DNA of 64,000 nt from Malacoraja senta (taxonomy: Eukaryota). The notes under the pieces are model-generated. The model was not told the DNA's origin, ran no database searches, and saw only the letters and a list, made by a program, of their open reading frames with translations. The position numbers were made by a program, and so were the translations under genes. Positions 25,373 through 36,751 of the stretch are shown piece after piece; position 1 is the stretch's first letter; each line of letters opens with the position of its first letter. The stretch is taken from the NCBI GenBank assembly GCA_038087875.1, contig CM075990.1:14138001-14202000 (forward strand), given 5' to 3'.

Positions 25373-27183
25373 ATCAACAAACCCAAACGATCATATAATG
25401 GATGTTGTTCCCCTGTTACAGGGTGCAGCAATAGATTCTTTCTTTTTGGGACTTTCATCAATTTTTGTGATGTTAATTCTAATATCAATGGATACCATGG
25501 TTGTGTAGGCCAATCTGGTACTACTAATACCCCTGAAGCAGCATCTTGCCTGATTTTAAGCAAACATCGGCTTATGAGGCAGAAAGGTGGAAATATATAT
25601 GAAAACATACCACCCCAATGTAGCGAGAAAGCATCAATCGCCACTGCTCCTGGATCTGGTTCCCATGACACATATTTCCCTAGCTGATGATTCAGCCTAA
25701 ATGCGAACAAGTCGATGTCGGGCATTCCGAATCTGATTACTATATCATTGAATACCTCTTGATTCAACATCCATTCTTTATTATCATGGAACTTTCGTGA
25801 CCTGGTGTCTGCTATCGTATTCATTCTACCTGGTAGATGGATAGGTGAAATCCAAATATTCTTTTCAATACACCAAGACCAAATTTGATTAGCCATTTTG
25901 TCACATGACACCGACTTGATTCCACCCATATGATTAATATAGGCAACTGCTGTTGTGTTATCAATTTGAACTTGAACATGCTTATTAGTTGTGTTAGAAC
26001 AGTAAGCTTGGAGCCCATAGAAACATCCTAGAAGCTCCAAATAGTTAATTCCCCATGTCTGCAGTAACAATGACTCTTCCTAATTCCATCTGCCTCCGCA
26101 GCTAGATGTTAAGTCAGTTGCACCCCATCCTAGTGCACTGGCATCAGTTTGTAATATCATGGAAGGTTGTTCAATCAGCACTTTGCTGGAACTGCTTGAG
26201 ACATGTAGAATCCACCACTGCAGATCAGAAACAGCATTTGTTGTTAGTTGCATGGTTCCATCAAAATGACCAACATGCATTCTCAGTGCCTGTTCTTTAA
26301 GTCTCTGCAGCTGTTGATAATGTAATGGTCCGAATTGGACTGCTGGGAATGCTGCTACTAATTTTCCCAGTACACGAGCCACCTGTCTAATTGAGGGTTT
26401 TTGCTCGTTTAGGAGATTACTGCAATCTTGAATCAAATCCACCCTTTTTTCCCTGGGCAAAGTAATATTCATTTGGACTGAATCAATTGTGAACCCCAAA
26501 TAATTAATAGAGGTACATGGTGTTAACCTAGATTTCTTTGGATGAATTAGAAACCCCAAACTTTCAAAAGTTGATTTCACAACTGCAACAGATGCTTCTG
26601 TTGACTGTTTTGTCTTTCCTATAATCAAGACATCATCCAAGTATGCCATTAGTACATGCCCCTGGCTTCTCAGCAAGCCCAGAATTGGTTTTAACAATTT
26701 TGTGAATATTCTGGGTGCAGATGTTAACCCATTAGGCAGAGCTTTGAACTGCCCCAACTGGTTCATCCATTTAAATTTAAGATACTTCCTATCTTCTGAA
26801 TGAACAGACACTGAATAATATGCATCTTTCAAGTCTATAGTTGCCATATAACATGCTTCTGAAATAAGCTGTTTGGCAGTCACAAATGTCTCCATTTTAA
26901 AATGTCTAAATTGCACAAAAGGATTCAGATTTGTCAAATCTAGAATAATCCTACATCCTCCATCCTTTTTTGATCAAGGGAATATATTTGACACAAATTG
27001 GTGACTTTGGTAGACTGATTTTTCAATAACCCCTTTTTTATATAGGGTTTCAAGTGCGACCTGAACCTCCATCACTTCTTTTTGTACAAAGTGCAGAGTT
27101 CGGCTAGGAACATGCTGAACAGGCAAATCATAATTTGGATTGAATTCAATTCGAAATCCTTGTATATTATTCAGGATTACCAC
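25360..27183 (-). pseudogene. DIRS pol (RT, RNase H, DAM-like methyltransferase), one reading frame interrupted by two in-frame stops (TGA 26974-26976, TAG 26080-26082)
   Basis: IDLKDAY, LPNGLTSAPRIFTK, YLDD, TDASALGWG, INYLEL, IDNTTAV, DIDLFA, AIDAF, YIFPPF, PDWPTQPWY motifs; the three ORF-track pieces share one frame. Confidence 0.92.
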
Positions 27184-27543
27184 ATCTGAAGTAATTTTCT
27201 TCCAATTATTATAGAAGAAATGTAACCTTTTGGACTTAATCCAGTTAGTATGTTCCCATGAGAACCAGGTCCACCTACCTCTTGAGTCATTTCAGTACCC
27301 TGAGATTCCTGGGTTCTCCCAGAAGCACGCCCACTGGTTCTTGCTCCCGCTGCAGGCCGCCAACTACGTCCCTGCGTTGATGAGCGACTTGGTCCAGGAT
27401 GCGTATGACGTCTGAAAGGATACTTCCTCTTTACAGACTTCACAACCATTGATGTCTTCATCAATCCTGTTTTCGCTTCATCTTCCAACTCTTTAATACG
27501 TCTCCCGCGATCCTCTCCAAAGAGTAAATTGGGTAATTGTATA

Positions 27544-28467
27544 TTACTTGGTTTGCAGTGCTGCGAATTTTGGATTCATAGTAGGCCATATAACACTTTT
27601 CCTCAGACAATTGACCTCGAAGTGGGAGCTGCATAGCAACCCCAGTGCTTCCTGATGCAACTCCGTCATCTCTTGGCTTTTATCTGCTATTCTGGCAAAA
27701 GCAGTAATTCCAGAACCCAGCAGCTTTAATATTCTCTGCAATTTTAATTCTTGAGTTCTCATAGTCATACTCAATTGATTCCAGATGATTTGATTCACAG
27801 CTGGTGCTTTCAGCAACACACAGTTGCTTGGGGTCTCATGCTTTTTTGCAGTATCATCCATCTCCTGCTGTTCCAGCTGATGGGAAACCAAGTAATTTAT
27901 TAAGGAGGCCAGCTCATCTCCTAGTGGCTCTCCTGACCCTGACAGGGCAGCGAATCGTACTGCCAGTGGTGGAATATCTGGTATCTGCAGTTCTTCTCCT
28001 TGTATAGCCTCACCGTCAGAGTCGGGGTCTGAACTCTCATGACCCATAGCACTCTCCTCATCTCTGAGGGTGCATTCCATCAGCCCTGTGCCAGGTGCTG
28101 TTAGGCTGCTTCCAGCAGCTGGTATTTCAGTACACTCCTCCCTGAGTGTACTTTGCTCCAACAGCCTATGCAGAAGGCTTTCCATCTGGCTAATACGCTC
28201 AAAGGCAGTATCTAGCCCTGGAGCTTCCATTGCCTGGGACTCCTCCTCCGTGGGCCGTCTGGATTTAAACTTGGCCTTTTGCCCGACAGGCGCTGACTGA
28301 GTTGTCACCAGCCCCAGGCCCACAGTCGCTATGCTCACCGCTGGCGACTGTACCGGGGTTAGAGGTGGCTGGCTTGTACCCGGAGATTCCCGACTTTCTG
28401 CCGGCTGAATCGCACGCCTCTTCCCCCTGCCCGTTTCTTCCATGGCGGTCTGTGGGAAAAATCCCAT
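27544..28467 (-). CDS. DIRS ORF1 (gag-like); likely start at Kozak-context ATG 28443, C-terminus apparently frameshifted
   Basis: 307-aa ORF directly upstream of pol; ACCGCCATGG at 28440-28449 on the minus strand. Confidence 0.75.
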   Translation of the reverse strand: MGFFPQTAMEETGRGKRRAIQPAESRESPGTSQPPLTPVQSPAVSIATVGLGLVTTQSAPVGQKAKFKSRRPTEEESQAMEAPGLDTAFERISQMESLLHRLLEQSTLREECTEIPAAGSSLTAPGTGLMECTLRDEESAMGHESSDPDSDGEAIQGEELQIPDIPPLAVRFAALSGSGEPLGDELASLINYLVSHQLEQQEMDDTAKKHETPSNCVLLKAPAVNQIIWNQLSMTMRTQELKLQRILKLLGSGITAFARIADKSQEMTELHQEALGLLCSSHFEVNCLRKSVIWPTMNPKFAALQTK

Positions 28468-28726
28468 AGACCCACAGAAAACGGACCTGGAAATACTTTA
28501 AAAAAAGTTTATACTTGCCTTGTAGTTGTAAAAACTACAAATCCACTCTGCTCCTCACGTCCGTCTGCGTCAAGGCGTCTGACGTAATGACGCGCAGGCG
28601 CACTCCGAAGTAAAATTGAGATGGATATTTTGAATGAATTGGATTTTATTTGCAAAGTTAGACAGGGGGTTGATCGAATGCATTGGATGTTTTTCTTATT
28701 GAGTCAGTCAAAAGTTTGACGAGATA

Positions 28727-29118
28727 TCCTCCTAATAGATAAATTTGACCAATTCATAATGAGTTGGTCTCCATTTGTCGTCTTTTTGGAAACGTATGGT
28801 GCAAAAACAGGTGTAAAAGCTAATCCGTGACTGCGGATGGTCAAGATTATAAATGATCTCCTTCTATTTTCTTTTCTTCTTTTCTTCTCTTTTATTCTCT
28901 TTCTTCTATTTTCTATGTCTCAACTTTCTTTTTTCATTCTTTATTTTTATTTTTCACACACTATATATCTCACATTTTTCTATTTTTCATTATCTAACTT
29001 TTTTCTTTTTCTTCTTTATTTCAAATTTTTTTTAAAATAAGAAGCTGTACATAAAAGGTATTATGAAAATATGATTGTACACAATTGTACTTACTTCTAA
29101 TAAAATAAAAATAAAAAA
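28727..29118 (+). mobile_element. L1-type LINE 3' end with poly(A) and 17-bp TSD
   Basis: AAAAGTTTGACGAGATA at 28710-28726 and 29119-29135; DKFDQFIMSWSPF ORF2-like C-terminus; T-rich UTR; AATAAA then A tail. Confidence 0.8.
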
Positions 29119-30890
29119 AAAAGTTTGACGAGATAAATTGGATGTTTGAGTGAGTTTGATATTGATTCATCCTAATGAGCTGAATGATATTTTTCCATCA
29201 TTGACATTCCAAAGGAAATATTATAACAACACAATCCTTGCGTATGTGTTGCATGCATAACCACAAACTGTCACAGGGTGAAGTGCAAGGGATACTCTAC
29301 CCTTCCCCACTGCTAGGTACAATGTTTACTTTTGTCATATTTAGTCTAAAACTGATTTCTTTAAGTGCTTCCTGAAAGAGTCCAAACATCTCAAAATAAT
29401 TCACCTCCAAACAACTGCACTTTCCAGCTCCAGGGACATCAGTGAAGGAAATTCCCTCAGCGAATATCAATGCCCAAATGGGAGCAGTTTGATTTTAGGT
29501 CCCACACAATGGGCTCGATGACAGAATATGTAGGAAGGAACTGCAGATGCTGGTTTACACCATAGATAGACATAAAATGCTGGCATAACTCAGCATCCTG
29601 CCGAGTTACTCCAGCATTTTGTGTCCATCTTCGATGTAAGCCAGCATCTGCAGTTCCTTCCTACACATTGTCTGCTCCACTGCAAAATCTCCTCAAGGTA
29701 CGCCTACCTTGAAGTTCTCCTCCTCTCTCCGATGAGTTACACAACACCCTCTCTCACTGCTCCCCCTGTGATTCCTCCTGCTTTACAGCTCATCGTCTTC
29801 TTTGATCTGTCCTTTTCACATCTTACTTGCCCTTTGTACCCTTCCATAGCTCTAGTATCTATCTCCCCTGACACTCAGTCTGAAGGTGGGTCTGGACCTT
29901 AAACGTCACCCATTCCTTCTCTCCAGAGATGCTGCCTGAGCTACTCCAGTATTTTGAGTCTAACCTGATGACAGTTGGTTTGTAGATTGACTTTCACCTC
30001 TATGATCTAAATAATGGTCAGACTGCTAGAATAGCAGCCAGTGCAATAAGGTTTACCCAAAGTGAGGAAAGGTATAAGGTCTTGGACAGTATTGGGCTAT
30101 ATTTATTGGCTGCCACTAATCCATTAATCTAATACTTAAACCGACTCATGGATTCCTTGTTCCACATTCGCAATATTCTTTCTGAAGGCAAGTTGCCATG
30201 AAGAAGATCATTGCAGAGTTTGTATTATTTTATTCAATGGTTCAATGGTACTTTATTGTCTCATGTAACGAGGTACAGTGAGATTCATATCTGCATACAG
30301 TTAAGTACAAGTATCACTGTACATAAACACATCTTAGATAAGCATCTCAGATACAGTACAAGAGTATAGTAATAGTATACTGAGACAGTATACAGAGTCG
30401 CCAGATTTGGCTCCATTTTCAAGTCCCAATTGTTGTAAGTGCAGGGTTCTTGACCTGACCATGAAGACCTGTTGTCCTGTCGGCATTGCAGGGTTGGCCT
30501 GGCTAAGCATAGCCATTGTGCCTTCCACCATTTCTTTTATTTGTTCATACCTTGTGGACATTCTGCCAATGCCAGTGACATTTGTTGAGCAAATGTGTTG
30601 GAGGTACTTAGTGGGTCTGGCAGTACTGGGAAGCAAATGGGCAGACGGCGCTTTGGGTTTAGACCCTTCTTCAGATTCTGAGGGATCGCAACCCAAAATG
30701 TCACCCATCCATTCCCTCTGCCTGATCCGCTGAGTTATTCCCGCACTTTGTGTTTTGCTCAAGATTCGATCATCTGAGGCTCCTTGTGTGTACAGTGACA
30801 TTTATTGCTGATTCAGAATAGACATTGTGGGCCAAAGGGCCTGTTCTTGTGCTGTACTGTTTGTGTTTTATGAACAACAAAGGTGAAATA

Positions 30891-32535
30891 CAGTGCCCTC
30901 TATAATGTTTGGGACAAGGACCCATCATTTATTTATTTGCCTCTGTACTCCACAATTTGAGATTTGTAATAGGAAAAAAAAATCACATGTGGTTAAAGTG
31001 CACGTTGTCAGATATTAATTAAGGCCATTTTTATACATTTGGGTTTCACCATGTAGAAATTACAGCAGTGTTTATACATAGTCCCCCCATTTCAGGGCAC
31101 CATAATGTTTGGGACACAGCAATGTCATGTAAATGAAAGTAGTCATGTTTAGTATTTTGTTGCATATCCTTTGCATGCAATGACTGCTTGAAGTCTGCGA
31201 TTCATGGACATCACCAGTTGCTGGGTGTCTTCTCTGGTGAAGCTCTGCCAGGCCTGTATTACAGCCATCTTTAGCTTATGCTTGTTTTGGGGGCTAGTCC
31301 CCTTCAGTTTTCTCTTCAGCATATAAAAGGCATGCTCAATTGGGTTCAGATCGGGTGATTGACTTGGCCACTCAAGAATTGACTATTTTTTAGCTTTGAA
31401 AAACTCCTTTGTTGCGTTAGCAGTATGTTTGGGATCATTGTCTTGCTGTAGAATGAACCGCCGGCCAATGAGTTTTGAGGCATTTGTTTGAACAAACAGA
31501 CAGGATGTGTCTATACACTTCAGAATTCATTTATGCTACTACCATCAGCAGTTGTATCATCAATGAAGATAAGTGAGCCAGTACCTTCAGCAGCCATACA
31601 TGCCCAGGACATAACACCCCCACCATCGTGTTTCACAGATGAGGTGGTATGCTTTGGATCTTGGGCAGTTCCTTCTCTCCACCATACTTTGCACTTGCCA
31701 TCACTCTGAAATAAGTTAATCTTCATCTCATCTATCCACAAGACCTTTTTCTAGAACTGTGATTGCTCTTTTAAGTACTTCTTGGCAAACTGCAATATGG
31801 CCATCCTATTTTTGCGGCTAACCAGTGGTTTGCATCTTACAGTGTGGCCTCTGTATTTCTGTTCAAGAAGTCTTCTGCGGACAGTGGTCATTGACAAAAC
31901 CACACCTGACTCCAGAAGAGTGTTTCTGATCTGTCGGACAGGTGTGTGGGGATTTTTCTTTATTATAGAGAGAATTCTTCTGTCATCAGCTGTGGAGGTC
32001 CTCCTTGGCCTGCCAGTTCCTATGCAATTAGTAAGCTCACCAGTGCTCTTTCTTCTTAATGATGTTCCAGAGAGTTGATTTTGGTAAGCCTAAGGTTTGG
32101 CTGACGTCTCTAACAGTTTTATTCTTGTTTCTCACTCATAATGGCTTCTTTGACTTTCATTGGCACAACTGTGGTCCTCACGTTGATAAACAACAATAAA
32201 TGTTTCCTAATGTGATGGAAAGACTGGAGGAAAGACTAGGTGATGGGAACTCTCTTATACCTGAATTAAGGAGGCAATTAAACACACCTGAGCAATTACA
32301 AACACCTGTGAAGCCATGTGTCCCAAACAATATGGTGCCCTGAAATGGGGGGGACTACGTATAAATACAGCTGTAACATGGTGAAACCAAAATGTATAAA
32401 AATGGCCTTTAATAACACCTGACAATGTGCACTTTAACCACATGTGATTTTTCCTATTTCAAATCTCAAATTGTGGAGTACAGAGGCAAATAAATAAATG
32501 AGGGGTCTTTGTCCCAAACATTATGGAGGGCACCG
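30891..32535 (-). mobile_element. Tc1/mariner transposon with long IR/DR TIRs and decayed transposase
   Basis: CAGTGCCCTCTATAATGTTTGGGACA...TGTCCCAAACATTATGGAGGGCACCG; TA on both sides; ORF 31520..31741 has WIDEMK and SVKHDGGGVMSW. Confidence 0.93.
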
Positions 32536-32727
32536 TAGCTCTGGGTCTGTGATTCCACTGTCCATGTTGGGTTAGGAGAGCAGATTTTCTTTAGTAATTC
32601 ATCATTATTACATATAGAAATTCTTGAATATGGATTTACTTGAACTTAAATCCAAATATGCTGGGATCCACACTTAAAGTCTCAGATTCAATGGTCTATC
32701 CCTTTGAAAACTAACATGCTATCATAT

Positions 32728-32923
32728 GAGATAGACACAAAATGCTGACGTAACTCAGCGGGACAGGCAGCATCTCTGGAGAGAAGGAATGGGTGACGTT
32801 TCGGGTCGAGACCCTTCTTCAGACCCGAAACGTCACCCATTCCTTCTCTCCAGGGATGCTGCGTTACTCCAGTATTTTGTGCCTATCTTCGGTTTAAACC
32901 AGCATCTGCAGTTCCTTGCTACA
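32728..32923. mobile_element. Penelope-derived foldback unit containing an intact hammerhead-like core
   Basis: Minus strand 32791-32824 reads GTCTGAAGAAGGGTCTCGACCCGAAACGTCACCC; ACATGCTATC flanking duplication. Confidence 0.75.
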
Positions 32924-34517
32924 CATGCTATCTTATTAGTTTTGACAAAAGATTTGCTGACCTGAAACATTAACTCACTTTCTCTTTCCATGCACACTGC
33001 CCGACCTGCTGAGCATTTCCAGCATTATCTGATTTTATTCCATGCATCACACCCCATCTGCATTATGAAATTAATAGACAATGCTTCATTCAATCAGCAT
33101 GCAAAATAACAGTCACGTGCAAATGAATGAGCGCAGAATGTGACCACGGACATTGTCAATGGGATGAGGGCTACAGTTTAACATTTCATTGTCAAGTCTG
33201 CATTGACAACACTGCAGGAGTCATTCCATAATAGGCAGGAGTTTGAACGGTCTCAACCATCTGCCAGAGGCATCGATCACAGCACCTCAAGTATTTTTTA
33301 GCATCAAAGAGCTGTAAACAACACTATGCTGATACATGAAAGTGGAATGAACTTCTAGGTGATGGAACGCACCAAACACACGGGTCGCTGTGCACAAATA
33401 ATTCCTGTCAAATCTCCATATCACCATGACTTAACCAACACTGGACCCCATCGTCCAGTAACCTGGCACTCCTGGACCTGAGTAGCGCCCAAATTTCACC
33501 ATGTTATTTATTCATCTAGATGCTGCGGGGTTACTCGAGCACTTTGTGCCGTGCGCTGCTTGGAAATTAGGTAAAGGCAACGCGTGGACTGGGGTTTGGT
33601 AAAATGAATAGCAGAATGACACAATCCAACAGAGGATTGGTAATTCAGTGGGACTGCCTGCCTGCCCGCGCCTCCATCACCATATGTGCCACACAAGTCG
33701 CCATCGTTCCGTTGTGTTGGGTGAGAGAGAAGGACATTACTTATCGCACGCCACAACACGAACCGAGTCCATTCACCACAGCCACGACCAACAATGTGTC
33801 TAATAGTTGCACGGGTGCAGTGAGTTGGAAGCCAAGGCGTTCACAGTCACCAGGATGCTCTGGTTCCTCAAGACTACACCACCTTATCAACCCCAGGATT
33901 GGCATTGGCACTGTTATCTATCAATCGCTGGATCCCGCAATGCTGTTGCTGTTGCCGTTGCACTGGTAGCTCACGGGGACTCAGAGGGGGCAAATGAAAC
34001 AAAATATTCAGTTGCGGCTTTAGGGGGGGGGTTTGCAACGGGGAGGAGGAAGGGGGTGGTGTATCCCAACTAGTGTCTGCTCCAGGCTCCTGACTCTCTA
34101 GCCCCTGCCCTTCCCAATAAATGCTGCATTGCAGTAAAGCAAAGTGATTCACCTTCTCCCCCATATCAACACCCCCAGCCCACGCCCCCCTCCCCCCCAG
34201 TCCTTCCAGGGGCGAGAGCCTGGGGAATGTTACCTCTGGCACAAGGCAGCCAGCGCTAAATGCGTCGGGCGGTTGACAACTGAAATCTGATTTGGTTTTA
34301 TATTTGCAGCCGAGAGACTTATAATTGTTTAAGTGATAAACGGCTGGCACGTTTGCACCCCTACCCCACCCCCCCATCATCCCCTCAAATCCTCGACTTT
34401 GCAATCCACCAGGAGAAAACAAAACACACACACACACACACAAACACAGAGAACGAATTTTTCCTAAGCCTCCAGCGCTCCCCTGCTTTAAGGCAGCATC
34501 TGCAAAACACTGTTTAC

Positions 34518-34685
34518 CTTCTGCTTGCCATGAATCTTGGCCATTCCCTGTGGTCCCAGCGACTTGGAGCGTTGCGGGGGTCGGTAGCGAAAGGTGTCAG
34601 CTCCATAGTAATCACGGTTGTAGCGAGCTCCTCCCGACCGGAGCTGCAGGCTGCCGCTGGTGTGGACACTGTTGAGCCCGATCAT
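34518..34685 (-). CDS. PSD: Putative alternative first coding exon of a short Sec7-less PSD isoform (EFA6As-like): MIGLNSVHTSGSLQLRSGGARYNRDYYGADTFRYRPPQRSKSLGPQGMAKIHGKQK
   Basis: ATG at 34685, 56 codons, AAG|gtaaac phase-0 donor compatible with the phase-0 exon at 22119; resembles (from memory) the MIGVNSIH...PQRSRSL N-terminus of the mammalian short PSD isoform; lies in a repeat-poor island. Confidence 0.75.
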
Positions 34686-35100
34686 CTCTGCAAGTCTCTG
34701 CAAGTCTCTGCACCGAGCCGAGGTCTCTCTCTCTGTCTCTCTCTGTGTGTCTCTCTCTCTCTGGATATGCTTTCCAATCGCAGGCGGTGCGGTGTGATTC
34801 ACACCCCTTTATCTCCCGTGGCAGTTGCCTCTGTTTGGGATTAGCATGTAGTGGCGGCTTTGGCCCCTTGCCCAACAACTGACTCCCTACCTCTGCAGAG
34901 AGAGAGGCAAGGGGAGTCAGTCACATCCCAAGGGAGGCTGCTAACTCCCACACGGCAGGCTTGTTTAGTCGGCACAGGGTGTTTGCATTGCCACAGGCAA
35001 GAAGTGTCAGCACTTAATTAGCACCCTGCCCAATGCTGTGAGCTTAATACAGAAACATCTGCCTTCGTACGTAGGTTGGAAATTTTAAGGGGGAAAAACA
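34686..35100 (-). promoter_or_regulatory. Probable internal promoter / 5' UTR of the short PSD isoform
   Basis: Immediately upstream of the alternative ATG exon; TE-free, moderately GC-rich, (GA)n tract; inferred from position only. Confidence 0.4.
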
Positions 35101-36751
35101 AAATTACAGGCAGATTTACAAGTGATGTGATGTGTTTTCTTTGGAACGAACACCCACACTCTAAGTGCCGAGTGTTCTACATTTAAAAGCCACCTCCAGC
35201 AACCTGTGCTCCTCCCCCCCTCCCTCACACAAACCCACCTCCAGAGTTACAACATCAAAAGGTATTTTAATTTAAACCCCGTTAAGTAAATCCATACAAA
35301 ACTCATCAGGACGGCCAGCATCTGTGGGAGGAGAAACAATGAGGGTTCATGGTGTGGGGCCCTTCGGCAGAGCAGTTCATCTTTCCACAGATGCTGCCTG
35401 ACCTGTCGAGTATTTCTAGCAATTTCAGTTTTATTTTAGATTTCTGGCATCCGCAATTAAATATATATATTTCCAGCTATTTCTGCTTTTATCACAGGTT
35501 ATTGAATCCATTCCCTCTCTCCAGAGATGCTGCCTGTCTCACTGAGTTACTCCAGCTTTTTGTATCTATCTTTTTTTTAAATCTTTTATTTAAAACCATT
35601 TTTAAGGTTTTTAGAAATGTCTCATGGAGGGTTAATCACAAAGGTTTTCCCAGCCAAAAGGCTTTGTTGCAAAGGCTGAGTTTTGCAGGAGCAAATTAAA
35701 GGGACAGAGGGAAGGAATTCTGCAGGTGATTGAAGGCAGGACCTTTACTTGGGATTATTATATTCCTGGATAAGCAGGAGACTGGGGTCGGAGACGTGGA
35801 ATCATACAGTCATTGAGGATAAGAAGAGAAGCAGGACCTTTAGCCCACCTAATCCAGGCAAATACTAAGCACCCTTATACTTGAATCATTCACCATCTTG
35901 GACGTTGTTGAGGTGGAAAATAATAAGGCACCAAGGACCAATGCAAGTGCAAAGTGTATTGAAAAACAAGGATGAGAATGTTGTATCAAGCCTGATTTAA
36001 TGGGACACAGTGTGGGTCAGAAACACAGCTGAGATGCATGTAACACTGGCTAGTGCTTGCAATTAATTCTCTATATTCTTCATAGTCCAAAACACGTTCT
36101 TTCGGTAGACTGATCAAAGTATCCTTGAGAGAATACACTGTATACTGGACCAAGCCACTTTATGCTTTACCATTTGCAGTACGTATATTAAACCAGCCCA
36201 CTGTAAGCTGAACCATGCACAATGCATATTAAACAAAGCGCCATATACCAGACAATGCACAGTGCATATCAATCGGCCTCCTGTACACTGCACCATACAA
36301 TGCATTTCAAACCCACGTGCTCTATACTGGACTATATTTAATGCACCTTAATCCAAACTCACTGTGCACTAAACTCTGCACAATATATATTAAACCAGCC
36401 CCATTATATACAGGATTATGCACAAGATAGACACAAAATTCTGAGGAAGGGTCTCAGCCCAAAATGTCACCCATGTCCTGCAGAGTTACTCCAGCATTTT
36501 GTGTCTAACTTCGGATTAAACGAGCTTCTGCAGTTTCTTAAGGTACAGGAATATGTACAATGTATATTGGACCAGCAAATTGCGTACAGAGTATACAGTA
36601 ATCTTAGTACACACTATGCTGGGCTATGCAGGTAGATTTGAACAAGTACTCTGCACATTGAACTGTGCAACTCCATATGCTGGTTCATATAGCACATTTT
36701 AATCCAGCCCACCCTACGTATTAATCCAAGAACACATTACACTAGACCATT

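Larger units (their letters stand above)
23911..28616 (-). mobile_element. DIRS-type tyrosine-recombinase retrotransposon, near full length
   Basis: gag, RT-RNaseH-MT and YR ORFs; 77-bp perfect inverted match of the 3' end (23911-23987) to the ICR (24113-24189); 5' end (28602-28616) matches 24187-24201; short ITR 28588-28604 vs 24003-24019. Confidence 0.95.

Noticed and set aside
28837..29040. Phe/Leu-rich membrane-like ORFs
   Set aside because: They are translations of the T-rich 3' UTR of an L1-type insertion
22715..30343. 180-bp inverted repeats as TIRs of a large transposon or as inversion breakpoints
   Set aside because: The V-SINE interrupted at 22714 resumes at ~23564 in the same orientation, so the interior is not inverted; no TSD is present and the right copy continues into its own LINE sequence
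33874..34844. 189-aa minus and 163-aa plus ORFs beside the alternative exon
   Set aside because: They start in or run through microsatellite and low-complexity DNA, or are antisense shadows of the real exon; no homology recognised
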